DNA from: a bacterium
Lineage (GTDB): Bacteria; UBA8248
Reading direction: 5' to 3'
Assembly (NCBI GenBank): GCA_965200245.1
Contig: CBDATS010000005.1
Span: 160,001 to 224,000 of the forward strand
DNA: 64,000 bases
The position numbers were made by a program, and so were the translations under genes. Below the pieces are notes generated by a model. It searched no databases and was not told the origin of the DNA. It saw only the letters and a program-made list of their open reading frames with translations. Shown here one piece after another: positions 1 to 9,191 of this stretch. Numbering within the stretch: position 1 is the stretch's first letter; every line of letters begins with the position of its first letter.

Positions 1-852
1 AGTCCGCGCCAAGCGGAACAGGAAGTTGTGGGGCGGCTCGTCGTCGCGAAGCCTGGCGCGAATATCTGCAAGCGGTACGAGAAACTCTGCCGCCACCGCG
101 TTGCACCACACCTCCTCGCGGCAGAATCCCGTATTCAGTACGGCCCCAAGATTCGACAAGGCAGAGGCACCGAGCCAGATATGCGCAAGTTCGTGTGCGA
201 GCGTGAACATCTGCGCCGCCTTCGTGTCCTTGCCGTTGACGAAGATCAGCGGCGCAAGCGGATCGCACAGCGCGAAACCGCGAAACTCGGCGGGATCGAG
301 ACGCCGGCGGTTGTTGCTCATCACGATACCGCTCACCATGACGAGCACACCGGCCTCGTTGGCCTGGCGGATGAACAAACGCAAAGCGTCGTTCCAGTTC
401 GGACACTTACGGCGGGCGTCAAGACTGAAACCTAGGGTCTCTCGTATCTGGGTCGCGACAGTTTCAGGGAACGTCCGGATAGAGGCACTACCGACGAAGC
501 TGCGTTCCGGCTCGCCGGCGACGCGGGCGAAATCCCGATACCAGCCCTGCCGTTCCCGGCAGGCGTAAATCGTGTCCAGCATATTCGGGCTGGGTCGTGT
601 GACCGCATGACCGGCAAAGGTTCGGAAATCCGGAATGGGCACGGATTCCTCCGGCGGCTCCGAGAGGAACAGACAACCGACCGGCGCATGGACGGCACGT
701 GCAAACGCCTCCACCTGCCTCAGGGTGGGCTGCTCCTGGCCGGCCTCCCACACAGGCAGCTTTTTGAATTTCACCGCCAGATCTCTCTGTGCAACCCCGG
801 CGCGCTCGCGCGCCCAGCCGAGGAGTTCGGGATTGACGGGGATTCGGATCAT
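1..852 (-). CDS. XRE-type HTH fused ImmA/IrrE family zinc metallopeptidase (3' end runs off the window)
   Basis: Absent from the ORF track because it has no stop in the window. Manual translation from ATG 852: MIRIPVNPELLGWARERAG...WEAGQEQPTLRQVEAFARAVHAPVGCLFL (HTH), ...FRGFALCDPLAPLIFVNGKDTKAAQMFTLAHELAHIWLG (HEXXH) ...EEVWCNAVAAEFLVP. Confidence 0.9.
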   Translation of the reverse strand, partial: MIRIPVNPELLGWARERAGVAQRDLAVKFKKLPVWEAGQEQPTLRQVEAFARAVHAPVGCLFLSEPPEESVPIPDFRTFAGHAVTRPSPNMLDTIYACRERQGWYRDFARVAGEPERSFVGSASIRTFPETVATQIRETLGFSLDARRKCPNWNDALRLFIRQANEAGVLVMVSGIVMSNNRRRLDPAEFRGFALCDPLAPLIFVNGKDTKAAQMFTLAHELAHIWLGASALSNLGAVLNTGFCREEVWCNAVAAEFLVPLADIRARLRDDEPPHNFLFRLART

Positions 853-1204
853 GGGCGCTCTCCCGCCAGACTCGCCAACGCAGCCTTCAGGACTGGAAGC
901 AGACCTTGGCGGTGTGTTCATCCGGTGTGAAGCCTGAGGCCATTTGCTGGTATGGGTGGGTGTAGTTTCGGAAATCGCGCAAGCCGTGACTGAACTTCTT
1001 GATGCCAAGTTCCCCAACGCCGATCTTGCACGCATAGTCAATCAACTACGCAAGTCTCCATTCGTAACCCGCACCTCCCCATTCCGAGCTCGGAATAGAT
1101 CGGCGCGGCATATGCTCCAGGCCAAAGTATGGCGTGCTCTGCACAACATCGGCAGGGCGAAGGCCGCGTCGCGGAACTTCTGCGACGTCTGCTCGGGGTG
1201 CCAT
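849..1204 (-). pseudogene. Chimeric remnant: type I HsdS fragment joined to the C-terminus of a HEPN-like (Rx4H) protein
   Basis: From ATG 1204: ...TPYFGLEHMPRRSIPSSEWG (resembles an HsdS TRD), then EWRLA*LIDYACKIG...KKFSHGLRDFRNYTHPYQQMASGFTPDEHTAKVCFQ, a frameshift, then VLKAALASLAGERP*. The final TGA overlaps the ATG of the IrrE gene. Confidence 0.6.
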
Positions 1205-1220
1205 CACTTTTCACAATCGC

Positions 1221-1586
1221 TCAGACTTCTTCAATGGACTCGACCGACCCTCCTGATATGCGATGGTTCGACGTGCCACAAATCAATACCACATAATCTT
1301 TCTCGATCTCATGGTAAAACCGCTCCGGCAAGCGTGCCCAGTCTCTCGCCTCCACCAGAAAAGGAATGTTCGACTCCCGCACCGCCTCCTCGAAATCCAC
1401 CAATTGATCGATGGGAATTTCCGCAAGGTCCGGGCCACGCAGGACCAGATCGAGATCGCTTCCATCATGGCTTCGCCCGGTCACGCGGCTTCCATAGGCC
1501 CATACCTCCACACCTGGCAGATGTTCCCGCAACAGGGCATCGAGTTCGGCGCGATGCCGGGGCTTCAGGTGCAGCCGTTCAGCCAT
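1221..1586 (-). CDS. Minimal nucleotidyltransferase (MNT/MntA-like antitoxin)
   Basis: YGSRVTGRSHDGSDLDLVL matches the GS-x10-DxD motif of the DNA polymerase beta superfamily. The start at MAERLHL overlaps the stop of the upstream HEPN gene. Confidence 0.85.
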   Translation of the reverse strand: MAERLHLKPRHRAELDALLREHLPGVEVWAYGSRVTGRSHDGSDLDLVLRGPDLAEIPIDQLVDFEEAVRESNIPFLVEARDWARLPERFYHEIEKDYVVLICGTSNHRISGGSVESIEEV

Positions 1587-2004
1587 CCTTACCCGCCTCG
1601 ATAATATCGGCCAGCGCCTTCGCATCGACGATGAATGTCGGCAGCAACTTCAGCGTGGCCTCGGCAAACTTCTCACCATAGTCGTGCCCGGTGTCGTTGC
1701 GATTGTCGCGGTATCGTAGCCATCGCTCCGCCGTCTCCACGTCGATCAGCCCGTGCTTCGCGGCATGGCGAAACAGATCCCTGAAGACCAGGCGGTCAGC
1801 CTGTCGATTGCTGGCGAAGTAGGCCGCAAGACGCTTGCGCAATAGCTTGCCACCCTGTTCCAGAATCAGTTCGAACTACTTGACGCAGGCGGCACGGTAG
1901 ACGTCATAGAGGAAATCATCCGATTCGCCATGGACGCCGATCCCCTCCAGAGCACGTTCCAGCGCACCGATACAGCGACGCAGGAATGTTGTGTCGATAC
2001 TCAC
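1579..2004 (-). pseudogene. HI0074-family nucleotidyltransferase substrate-binding / HEPN toxin with an internal TAG
   Basis: One frame from GTG 2004 (VSIDTTFLRRCIGALERALE...YRAACVK*FELILEQGGKLLRKRL...WLRYRDNRNDTGHDYGE). TAG at 1876-1878 sits where Glu is expected (KEFEL). The Rx4H motif RNDTGH is retained. Confidence 0.85.
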
Positions 2005-2340
2005 GCGGCGCACTCCCGGAAGCCTGGCACCTTGTAGTTCTCCTCGGTGGCTATGTCCACGGATTGAATCCCGGCCTGCTGCTTCCGCCATTGGGCCGAC
2101 AGTCAAGGCGTTTTCTCCTCAGCGGGGGTGATGAAGCCGATGCGCGAATTGGTCGATACAAGTGTCCAAAACGCCATCTGCTTCCCCATACGGCCAGAAC
2201 CGAGGCATGACCTTCCTCGAAAGCGTCAGAGGTGTACTTGAGGAAATCAGCCCCAGAACGACATGCTTGCTGCCGTATCCATCGAACCGCGCAGAGTATC
2301 GGTCATCGCCCAAAGTTCGTGCTTATGACCCGTCACGGCT
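2001..2340 (-). pseudogene. hsdM: Heavily deleted type I HsdM remnant (N-terminal and C-terminal pieces)
   Basis: Fragments in shifting frames: ELWAMTDTLRGSMD / KHVVLGLI / FLKYTSDAFEE (HsdM N-terminal motif) and EEKTP*LSAQWRKQQAGIQSVDIATEENYKVPGF (HsdM C-terminal helix). The catalytic core is absent. Confidence 0.7.
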
Positions 2341-2924
2341 CAGGTGTCGGATTTTGGGTCTTTGCCAATGCCTCTCGCGCCAGCGCCTTTCGTTCCAGGT
2401 AAAATCAGCACAACTGAGTCTGTTCCCTGTCTCATTATACCGAAAACCAGGCATCACCATGAGTTTGCTATTGCCGATACGGCAGTTTACAAACCGGGAC
2501 AATGACTGTCATCCGACAAATTCGGTGAACTGTCACTTTTTATGCTTGCTGGATCAAGTCACACGCATTTGCTCAAAATAAAAACAACAACAGAAACTCG
2601 CGTCGCCTGATTTCTGACAAAGAAAAAGAAGATGGGCAGTTACCGGCAATTCGGCCTGACAGGTTTTCTTTTCGAGCGATATTCCCGGCAACGCAAGAAT
2701 GAAGCAAATCCTCCAAGCGCATGCCGCTGTCGGCGGCAAAGTAGCATCGGCTTGTTTCGCGATACTGGACAGGAACCGTTCACGTGCTCCCCTGCCCAAA
2801 GTCTGGCATTATCTGCGGCCCTTCCGGTGTGGACTATCCTGCCTCAGGTCGTGAAATCACCTGAGCTATTGTATAACTGAAAGTATTCCTTTCAATTATG
2901 CGCGATTGATGGTATCATATTCGC

Positions 2925-4106
2925 ATGATCGAGCGGAAGATTACCCCTTGTCTGGTGGAATTGTTTCAACAATATCCGTTCGTCACGGTGACCGGACCGA
3001 GACAGTCCGGCAAAACCACCCTTTGTCGCGCGGCCTTTCCGAATCTGGAATACGTCAACCTCGAGGCACCGGATCAGCGGGAATTCGCAGAAACCGACCC
3101 CCGGGGCTTCCTTTCCCGCCTGGGCGACGGCGCCGTCCTGGACGAGATCCAGCGCGTCCCTGAACTCCTGTCCTATCTTCAGGTCATGGCGGACGAAGTG
3201 GGACAAAACGGCCTCTTCGTGCTGACGGGCAGCGAGCAGTTCCGGCTTTCCGATGCTATCAGCCAGTCACTTGCCGGTCGCACGGCGCTACTGCGCCTGT
3301 TACCGTTTTCACTCGCCGAAAGGCGACAGGCGGGCGCGAGCGAAGGGGTCGACAACATTCTCTACTCCGGCTTCTATCCCCGGATTCACGACCAAGGGCT
3401 CGAACCCCGACAAGCGCTCGGCGACTATTTCGAAACCTATGTGGAACGCGATGTGCGCCGGATCGGGGAAATCCGCAATCTCTCCAGTTTCCGTCGATTC
3501 GTCCGTCTGTGCGCCGGCCGTGTGGGACAACTGATCAATCTATCGGCCCTGGGTGCGGATGCCGGCGTTTCCCACACCACGGTACGCCACTGGTTGACAA
3601 TTCTTGAAGCCAGCTACATCGTTTTCCAGCTTCCGCCGTTTTTCGCGAATGTCCGCAAGCGGCTGGTCAAGTCGCCCAAGCTTTACTTCCACGATGTCGG
3701 GCTGGCAAGTCATCTCATCGGCATCGAGCATGCCGGGCAGTTGGGCACCCATCCGCTCCGGGGAGCGCTGTTCGAGAACGCCGTCGTCGCAGAGGTCCTC
3801 AAGCACCGTTTCAACCAGGGGCGCCGTCCCAACCTGTCCTTCTTCCGCGACGTCAGGGGACTCGAGTGCGACCTTCTCTACGAAAACGGCGACGGGGTGG
3901 GCGTCATCGAAGTCAAGTCCGGCGCGACGGTCGCATCCGACTGGTTCGATGCCTTTCACCGGGTGGCGAAGACATTGCCCCAAATCATCCTCAGAGCGGT
4001 CGTCTACGGCGGTTCGGATCGGCAGTCCCGCCGGGATGGTGAGGTGATTCCCCTGGTCGCGCTGGGCGAAGTGCTCGATCAATTCGACGGGCGCAAACCA
4101 ACCTGA
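2925..4106 (+). CDS. AAA_14 ATP-binding protein with DUF4143 and C-terminal nuclease-like domain
   Basis: Walker A GPRQSGKTT, Walker B VLDEIQ, LTGS, YVERDVR, KSPKLYFHDVGL, GALFEN, ECDLL...IEVKS. Confidence 0.9.
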   Translation: MIERKITPCLVELFQQYPFVTVTGPRQSGKTTLCRAAFPNLEYVNLEAPDQREFAETDPRGFLSRLGDGAVLDEIQRVPELLSYLQVMADEVGQNGLFVLTGSEQFRLSDAISQSLAGRTALLRLLPFSLAERRQAGASEGVDNILYSGFYPRIHDQGLEPRQALGDYFETYVERDVRRIGEIRNLSSFRRFVRLCAGRVGQLINLSALGADAGVSHTTVRHWLTILEASYIVFQLPPFFANVRKRLVKSPKLYFHDVGLASHLIGIEHAGQLGTHPLRGALFENAVVAEVLKHRFNQGRRPNLSFFRDVRGLECDLLYENGDGVGVIEVKSGATVASDWFDAFHRVAKTLPQIILRAVVYGGSDRQSRRDGEVIPLVALGEVLDQFDGRKPT

Positions 4107-4237
4107 TGACATCTCCATAGGAGCCGCATACATATAACCACGGATAAACCATGAACTCCCGCAAGAAATGTCTTTCCCTGCCCCGCTGATATCCTCCGGC
4201 GCGCCTGCACGAACACCACCGTGAGCACGATAATCGC

Positions 4238-5239
4238 CTAGAACACGAACACCGCGGCCCCCGGCAGACCAATGCTGCGCTGCAGCGAATCGGATCCCGA
4301 CACCAGCACCGCGAAAACGGCAGCGGCTATGGTGACCCCAAGAGGGTTGTTGCGCCCGATGACGGCGATCAGGATGGCCATCGCCCCGTAGTTGGGCGCA
4401 CCTTCTGCGCCACTGATGCCGAGTAACAGGCTCTGGTGAAACCCGGAGACTTCGAGCGCCCCCGCCAAGCCCGACAGCGCGCCGCAGGTCGGCATGATGA
4501 TAAGTGTTACGTGTGCGACGTTGATGCCGCCAAAACGCGCTGCCCGGGGGTTGTCCCCTACCGCACGAATCTCATAGCCCACGATGGTGCGCGTCATGAA
4601 AAAGTACATGCCCAACGCCGCCGCCAGCGCGATGACGAAACCGAAGTGCGCACCCGCCTTCGGCATCATCTGGGGCAGCACCGAGGCGTCCGGAATCGGG
4701 AGCGAGATGGCCTCCCCCGCCATCGGGTCGTTCCAGGGGCCGTTCGCGAGATAGTCCACGAGATAGAGCGCGACGAAGTTCAGCATCACCGTCACGAAAA
4801 TCTCGCTCACCTGAAAGCGCACACGCAGGATACCGGGAATGAAGCCCCACAGCAATCCGCCGGCTATCCCGCCCAGGAGACCCAGCGGGACGAAAATCGG
4901 CCAGGGGAGGTTCAGTCCCTCTAGCGCGAAAGCAGTTCCCGTCATGCCGATGGCGCCCGCGTATATCTGCCCGTCCACGCCGATGTTGAAATGTCCTCCC
5001 CGCATTCCGAAGGCCACGGCGAGCGATCCAAGCAGAAGCGGACAGAACTTGTTGAGCGTCTGCGCGAACCCGCCCCATGTGCCGAGCGAGGAACGCAGAA
5101 CGGTGCCGAACGCGACAAGCACGTCGCCTCCGAAGGCGACGATGAAAACGGCTCCGCACACGAGCGCCAGCGCTCCCGCCGACGCATAGGTGACGGCAAA
5201 ATCGAGTGCTGCTTCTTTTTTCTCACTTGAGGCCGCCAT
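4238..5239 (-). CDS. Nucleoside/sugar ABC transporter permease (BPD_transp_2), probably truncated by a TAG before the last helix
   Basis: FNIGVDGQIYAG, GYEIRAVGDNPRAARFGGI and GRNNPLG motifs. The frame continues as a hydrophobic helix after the stop: FVF*AIIVLTVVFVQARRR. Confidence 0.85.
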   Translation of the reverse strand: MAASSEKKEAALDFAVTYASAGALALVCGAVFIVAFGGDVLVAFGTVLRSSLGTWGGFAQTLNKFCPLLLGSLAVAFGMRGGHFNIGVDGQIYAGAIGMTGTAFALEGLNLPWPIFVPLGLLGGIAGGLLWGFIPGILRVRFQVSEIFVTVMLNFVALYLVDYLANGPWNDPMAGEAISLPIPDASVLPQMMPKAGAHFGFVIALAAALGMYFFMTRTIVGYEIRAVGDNPRAARFGGINVAHVTLIIMPTCGALSGLAGALEVSGFHQSLLLGISGAEGAPNYGAMAILIAVIGRNNPLGVTIAAAVFAVLVSGSDSLQRSIGLPGAAVFVF

Positions 5240-5240
5240 G

Positions 5241-6800
5241 TCAGGAACCCGCTTCCTCTCTTTGGCCCGCCATGAGCGCGCCGATCTGGAAGAGATCGTA
5301 CTCGGGGCCGTCGAAGGCGCCCAGAATCTCGCCCGCATAGATGACGATGATACGGTCGCTCATCAGGCGGAGTTCATCCAGATCTTCGGATATCAGCAGA
5401 ACGCCCGCACCCCCCGCGCGAAGCTCCCGCAGCCGGTTGTGCACGAAAGAGGCGGCCATCACATCCAACCCGCGCGTGGGGTTGTTCGCGATCATCACCT
5501 TCCCGCCCGTCTTGTGGGCGAGCATGACCGCACGCGCTACGATGGTCTTCTGTATATTCCCGCCAGAGAGATTCGCTGCGGGCGCACGCTCGTTCCTCGC
5601 CAGGATATTGAATTCCGCAATCGCGTTTCTGCCCATATCGTGAACGGTTTCACGCTCGAATACGCCGCGCCTCTTGAAGACGTGCGGGTGCAGGCCAAGT
5701 ACGAAATTCTCCGCAACACTCAGGCCCGGCAGAATCCCCTCCTCTATCCTGTCCTGCGGCAGGAGACTCATTCCCCGCGCAATTCGCCCCGACACCGAAA
5801 GGTTTGACACCTCCTCGCCTTCGATGTTGATCTCGCCTGATTCTGTTTCGATTAGCCCGGCCACCGCTTCGGCCAACTCCTTCTGACCGTTACCCGAGAT
5901 GCCAGCCATGCCGACGATGAGTCCCCGCGGGACTTCGAAGGCAACGTTTTTCAGGGGCACACCGTATAGTTCGGAAGTGCAAAGCCCACGCACCGAAAGG
6001 GCTGGATTCCCCTCCCTCGCTGCCGATGGCCCGGTTGGCCGCTCGTTCTCCGGAGGCAGACCGCGCTCGCCCATCATCATCTGGACCAGCCTCTCGCGGG
6101 TGGCTTCCTCGAGAAGGATGGTGTCCACCTTCCGCCCGCCGCGAAACACGGTGATGCGATCGCAGTTGTCCAGAACTTCCTGTATCTTGTGCGTGATGAA
6201 GATGACCGTCAGCCCCCCCTTGGCGAATGACTTCAAGATGGAGAACAGGCCATCCACTTCGTGGGGAGTCAGCATGGTCGTCGGCTCATCGAGAATCAGG
6301 ATATCCGCGCCATGATAGAGGGCTTTCAATATCTCGACTTTCTGCTGAATCCCGGCGGGCAGGTTTTTTACCTGCTCGTCCAGCGGGATGGAAAGGCCGT
6401 AATTCGCCGCGAGTTCCTCTACGGAACTGCGCCGGGCTTCGATGTCGAGTTTCCAGCGCGAACCCTCGCGCCCGAGCAGTATGTTTTCGAGTGCCGTGAA
6501 GTTGCCAATCAATTCCACGTGCTGGTGAACCATACCGACGCCGACCGCAATCGCATCCTGCGGGGAATGGATATCCACCTCGCGCCCTTCGATCAAGATT
6601 TGCCCGTCATCCATGCGGTACAGCCCGCTCAGGATGTTCATGAGCGTGGTCTTGCCTGCACCGTTTTCCCCCAGAAGGGCGTGTATCTCTCCCTTGGCGG
6701 CCTCGAAGTCCACGGTGTCTAGAGCACGGACTTCCCCGAAGGACTTGCTGACGCCGCACATCTCGACGCAGGAGGGAATCGTTTCCGTCATTAATTTCAT
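5241..6800 (-). CDS. Double-domain ABC transporter ATP-binding protein (nucleoside/sugar CUT2 type)
   Basis: GENGAGKTT, ILILDEPT, FITHK, second domain LSGGNIQK and PTRGLDV. Start at 6800 or 6791. Confidence 0.95.
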   Translation of the reverse strand: MKLMTETIPSCVEMCGVSKSFGEVRALDTVDFEAAKGEIHALLGENGAGKTTLMNILSGLYRMDDGQILIEGREVDIHSPQDAIAVGVGMVHQHVELIGNFTALENILLGREGSRWKLDIEARRSSVEELAANYGLSIPLDEQVKNLPAGIQQKVEILKALYHGADILILDEPTTMLTPHEVDGLFSILKSFAKGGLTVIFITHKIQEVLDNCDRITVFRGGRKVDTILLEEATRERLVQMMMGERGLPPENERPTGPSAAREGNPALSVRGLCTSELYGVPLKNVAFEVPRGLIVGMAGISGNGQKELAEAVAGLIETESGEINIEGEEVSNLSVSGRIARGMSLLPQDRIEEGILPGLSVAENFVLGLHPHVFKRRGVFERETVHDMGRNAIAEFNILARNERAPAANLSGGNIQKTIVARAVMLAHKTGGKVMIANNPTRGLDVMAASFVHNRLRELRAGGAGVLLISEDLDELRLMSDRIIVIYAGEILGAFDGPEYDLFQIGALMAGQREEAGS

Positions 6801-6808
6801 CCGTTCCA

Positions 6809-6841
6809 AGCGCCCCACCCTCTGTACCGGGGCGGGGCGCT
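6809..6841 (-). terminator. GC-rich stem-loop after the BMP gene (attenuator or mRNA stabiliser)
   Basis: Inverted repeat AGCGCCCCACCC / GGGCGGGGCGCT between the binding-protein and ATPase genes. Confidence 0.5.
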
Positions 6842-6855
6842 CGCATATTCCGTTT

Positions 6856-7854
6856 CTATTTCGCCAGCATGACCTTTTTCATTTCCATTCGGGGCTTGAT
6901 CGCCCCGGTGCGCACCTTCTCATACGCTTCCTTGGTCTTTTTCACCGCATCGGCCGATACGTTGCCGAGAGAACCGAGTTCGAACCCGTTCCCGAGTTTC
7001 ATGGCCACATATCCCCCACTCGCGCCTTTCATGATTCCCTGCATGGCCATCCGGTAAGGAGGCCGGAAGTCGATGATCAGCGTGCCGGCAAAATGCTTGG
7101 GTCCCTTGTCCGTCTTGTCGGTGTAGAACGTGGTGACCAGCACCTTGTTCTTCGCTTTCTTGGCCGCCTCGGCGACCCCGTACACTCCCAGGTTCACCAT
7201 GTTGATGATGAAGTCGACACCGTCGGCGATCATGGCGTCGGCTGTCTGGCGCGCCTTGACCGGATCGTTCTGGTTTCCGGTGAAGGAGTAGACAAGTTTC
7301 GCCTTGGGGTTGGTCGCTTTCAGGGCATCCGAGATGGTGTTGATGGAAGCCTTGAAGTCAGGAAGCTGGATTCCCGCGATGACGCCCACCTTGTTCGTTT
7401 TCGTGGCGAGGCCGGCCAGCACCCCGAAGGGATAGAAGGCCTGATAATAGTGACGGTGAATGTTCCACACGTTCTTGGGAACCTTGAACTTGCCCGAACT
7501 CTCCATGATGAAGATGGTGTCCGGGAATTTCGGTGCCAGTTTCTGTATGAGCCGGACGTACTGCCCGCCGTGGAAACCGATGATGGTGTAGCCCGAAGCA
7601 ATGTACTCGCGCGCCACCCGCTCGGCGTCTGCCGGAGAGATACGCTCGGAGTAGGAAGTCTCGATCTTGAACCTCTTCTTGGTGTCCTGCGCCACCTCAT
7701 AGCCTCTGAAGTTGCAGTCCGCATCCTCGATGGGTCTAGGCAGGATGATGGCGAACTTGTGGGCCTTCGCGGCGAGCGCCTGACCAGGGACGACCAGTGT
7801 CAGGGCCGTGAGTGCGGCGGCGAAGAACATTCGGCGTGTCCATTTGGCTTTCAT
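6856..7854 (-). CDS. BMP-family ABC substrate-binding protein (purine/nucleoside type), Tat-like leader
   Basis: Leader MKAKWTRRMFFAAAL...ALA, then GVLAGLATKTNKVGVIAG and FTGNQNDPVKARQTADAMIADGVD. AAGGAGG RBS upstream. Confidence 0.9.
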   Translation of the reverse strand: MKAKWTRRMFFAAALTALTLVVPGQALAAKAHKFAIILPRPIEDADCNFRGYEVAQDTKKRFKIETSYSERISPADAERVAREYIASGYTIIGFHGGQYVRLIQKLAPKFPDTIFIMESSGKFKVPKNVWNIHRHYYQAFYPFGVLAGLATKTNKVGVIAGIQLPDFKASINTISDALKATNPKAKLVYSFTGNQNDPVKARQTADAMIADGVDFIINMVNLGVYGVAEAAKKAKNKVLVTTFYTDKTDKGPKHFAGTLIIDFRPPYRMAMQGIMKGASGGYVAMKLGNGFELGSLGNVSADAVKKTKEAYEKVRTGAIKPRMEMKKVMLAK

Positions 7855-7896
7855 GTCAGTCCTCCTTGATGAGAAACACGATGTCCCGGACATGGG

Positions 7897-8837
7897 TCAA
7901 TTCCGGGCCTCACGGTCATATGGCCTTGTAAGTGCGCGGGGGCTCTCCGCCCCCCGCGCTACCTGAACCAGAACTATCATAGCGAACACGTACGGGAGCA
8001 TGAGCAAAAATTGCGGCGGGATGATTTTGGCGAACTGCGGCAGGGCGCTGACCTTGAATTGAAAGGCGTCGACATACGCGAAAAGAAGCGCGCCGACAAA
8101 CGACCACAGCGGCACCCAGCGCCCGAAGATCACCAGCATCAGGGCGAGCCACCCCCTTCCGTTCACGATGTTGTCCGTGAACGAACCCGAAATAACGAGT
8201 GGCAGGTATGCGCCCGCGACGCCCAGAAAGAGTCCGCCCACCGCGCATGCTCCGTAGCGCATCCGGGCGACATCGACTCCCACCGTGTCCGCCGCGCGGG
8301 GGTTCTCTCCGCAGGCGCGCAGTCTCAATCCCAGCGGGGTCTTGAAGAGGAAAAAATCACGGCCGCAACGAGGAAATAGGACAGATAAACCAGACCGTTT
8401 TGCCGGAAGAAAATCTCCCCGATGAAGGGAATCGCGCCCAGGAACGGGATGGGAATCTCTTTGAGCGTCGGCACTTGTGGAATCGACTGCACGACGCCGA
8501 CCGCCAGTCTGTAAATGGTGGGCGAGATACCCAGTCCCAGGACAAATATGCCCAGCCCGATCACGATCTGGTTCGCGCGCAGGGTGATGGAGAAATACGC
8601 CAGGAGCAGCGTCAGAACACTCCCTGACAGCGCTGCGACCAGACAGCCGACGAAAGCGCTGCCCGAATAGTAGGTGAGCAGAAAGCCCGTCACCGAACCG
8701 AGCGTCACGACGCCCTCGATACCAACGTTCAGGATTCCCGAGCGTTCAATGATGGTTTCCCCCAGGCACGCGATGATGAGGGGGGCCATCATGAGCATGG
8801 TAAGCTGGAAAAGGGATATGTCAAACAAGAGGGACAA
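7897..8837 (-). CDS. Second ABC permease of the BMP transporter, split by a 1-nt frameshift in a T6 run
   Basis: ERSGILNVGIEG in ORF 8325-8837 and GLRLRACGENPRAADTVGV...GRGWLAL...LLMLPYV in ORF 7897-8328. One extra T at 8351-8356 restores VIFFLFKTPLGLRL. Confidence 0.85.
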
Positions 8838-9078
8838 GAAGGCGCACTCCCCACTTCAGGTGTAAAAAATAAAAAAGTTTCTTTCCTTGCGCCGCTACTC
8901 GGGAGACGGGGTGCATTTATCGTTGTTATTTTGCAGTCAGTATGCCTTATATGTTCTCAAACTCAAAACAATAGAGTTCATATTTCCGGCGGGCGATACG
9001 GACTCTCCGCCTGCCCGGTTCCCTGTGGTTCTGACAAATCCGACCTGCCGCCTGACACCCGTGGTGAATGCGGATGCG

Positions 9079-9116
9079 TTGCCCGTCGCGTTCGGTTCAT
9101 ACATAATGCGCGCATT
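9079..9116 (+). promoter_or_regulatory. Candidate sigma70 promoter with an overlapping palindromic operator for the cyclase operon
   Basis: TTGCCC (9079-84), 17-nt spacer, CATAAT (9102-07). Perfect palindrome AATGCGCGCATT at 9105-9116. Confidence 0.4.
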
Positions 9117-9191
9117 GCAAACGCTTCCCATATCGACTGACCAACCAGGATGGAGATCGTTTTTTTCTTCGTCCCAAAGGAGACCTCCAAG

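Noticed and set aside
1047-4240. TAG reassignment (Gln or pyrrolysine) suggested by three in-frame TAGs at about 1047, 1876 and 4238
   Set aside because: Many intact genes end at TAG at their expected C-termini (BMP, cyclase, ylbE, hydrolase, CoA-transferase, Qor), and the interrupted positions imply different residues (Gln and Glu).
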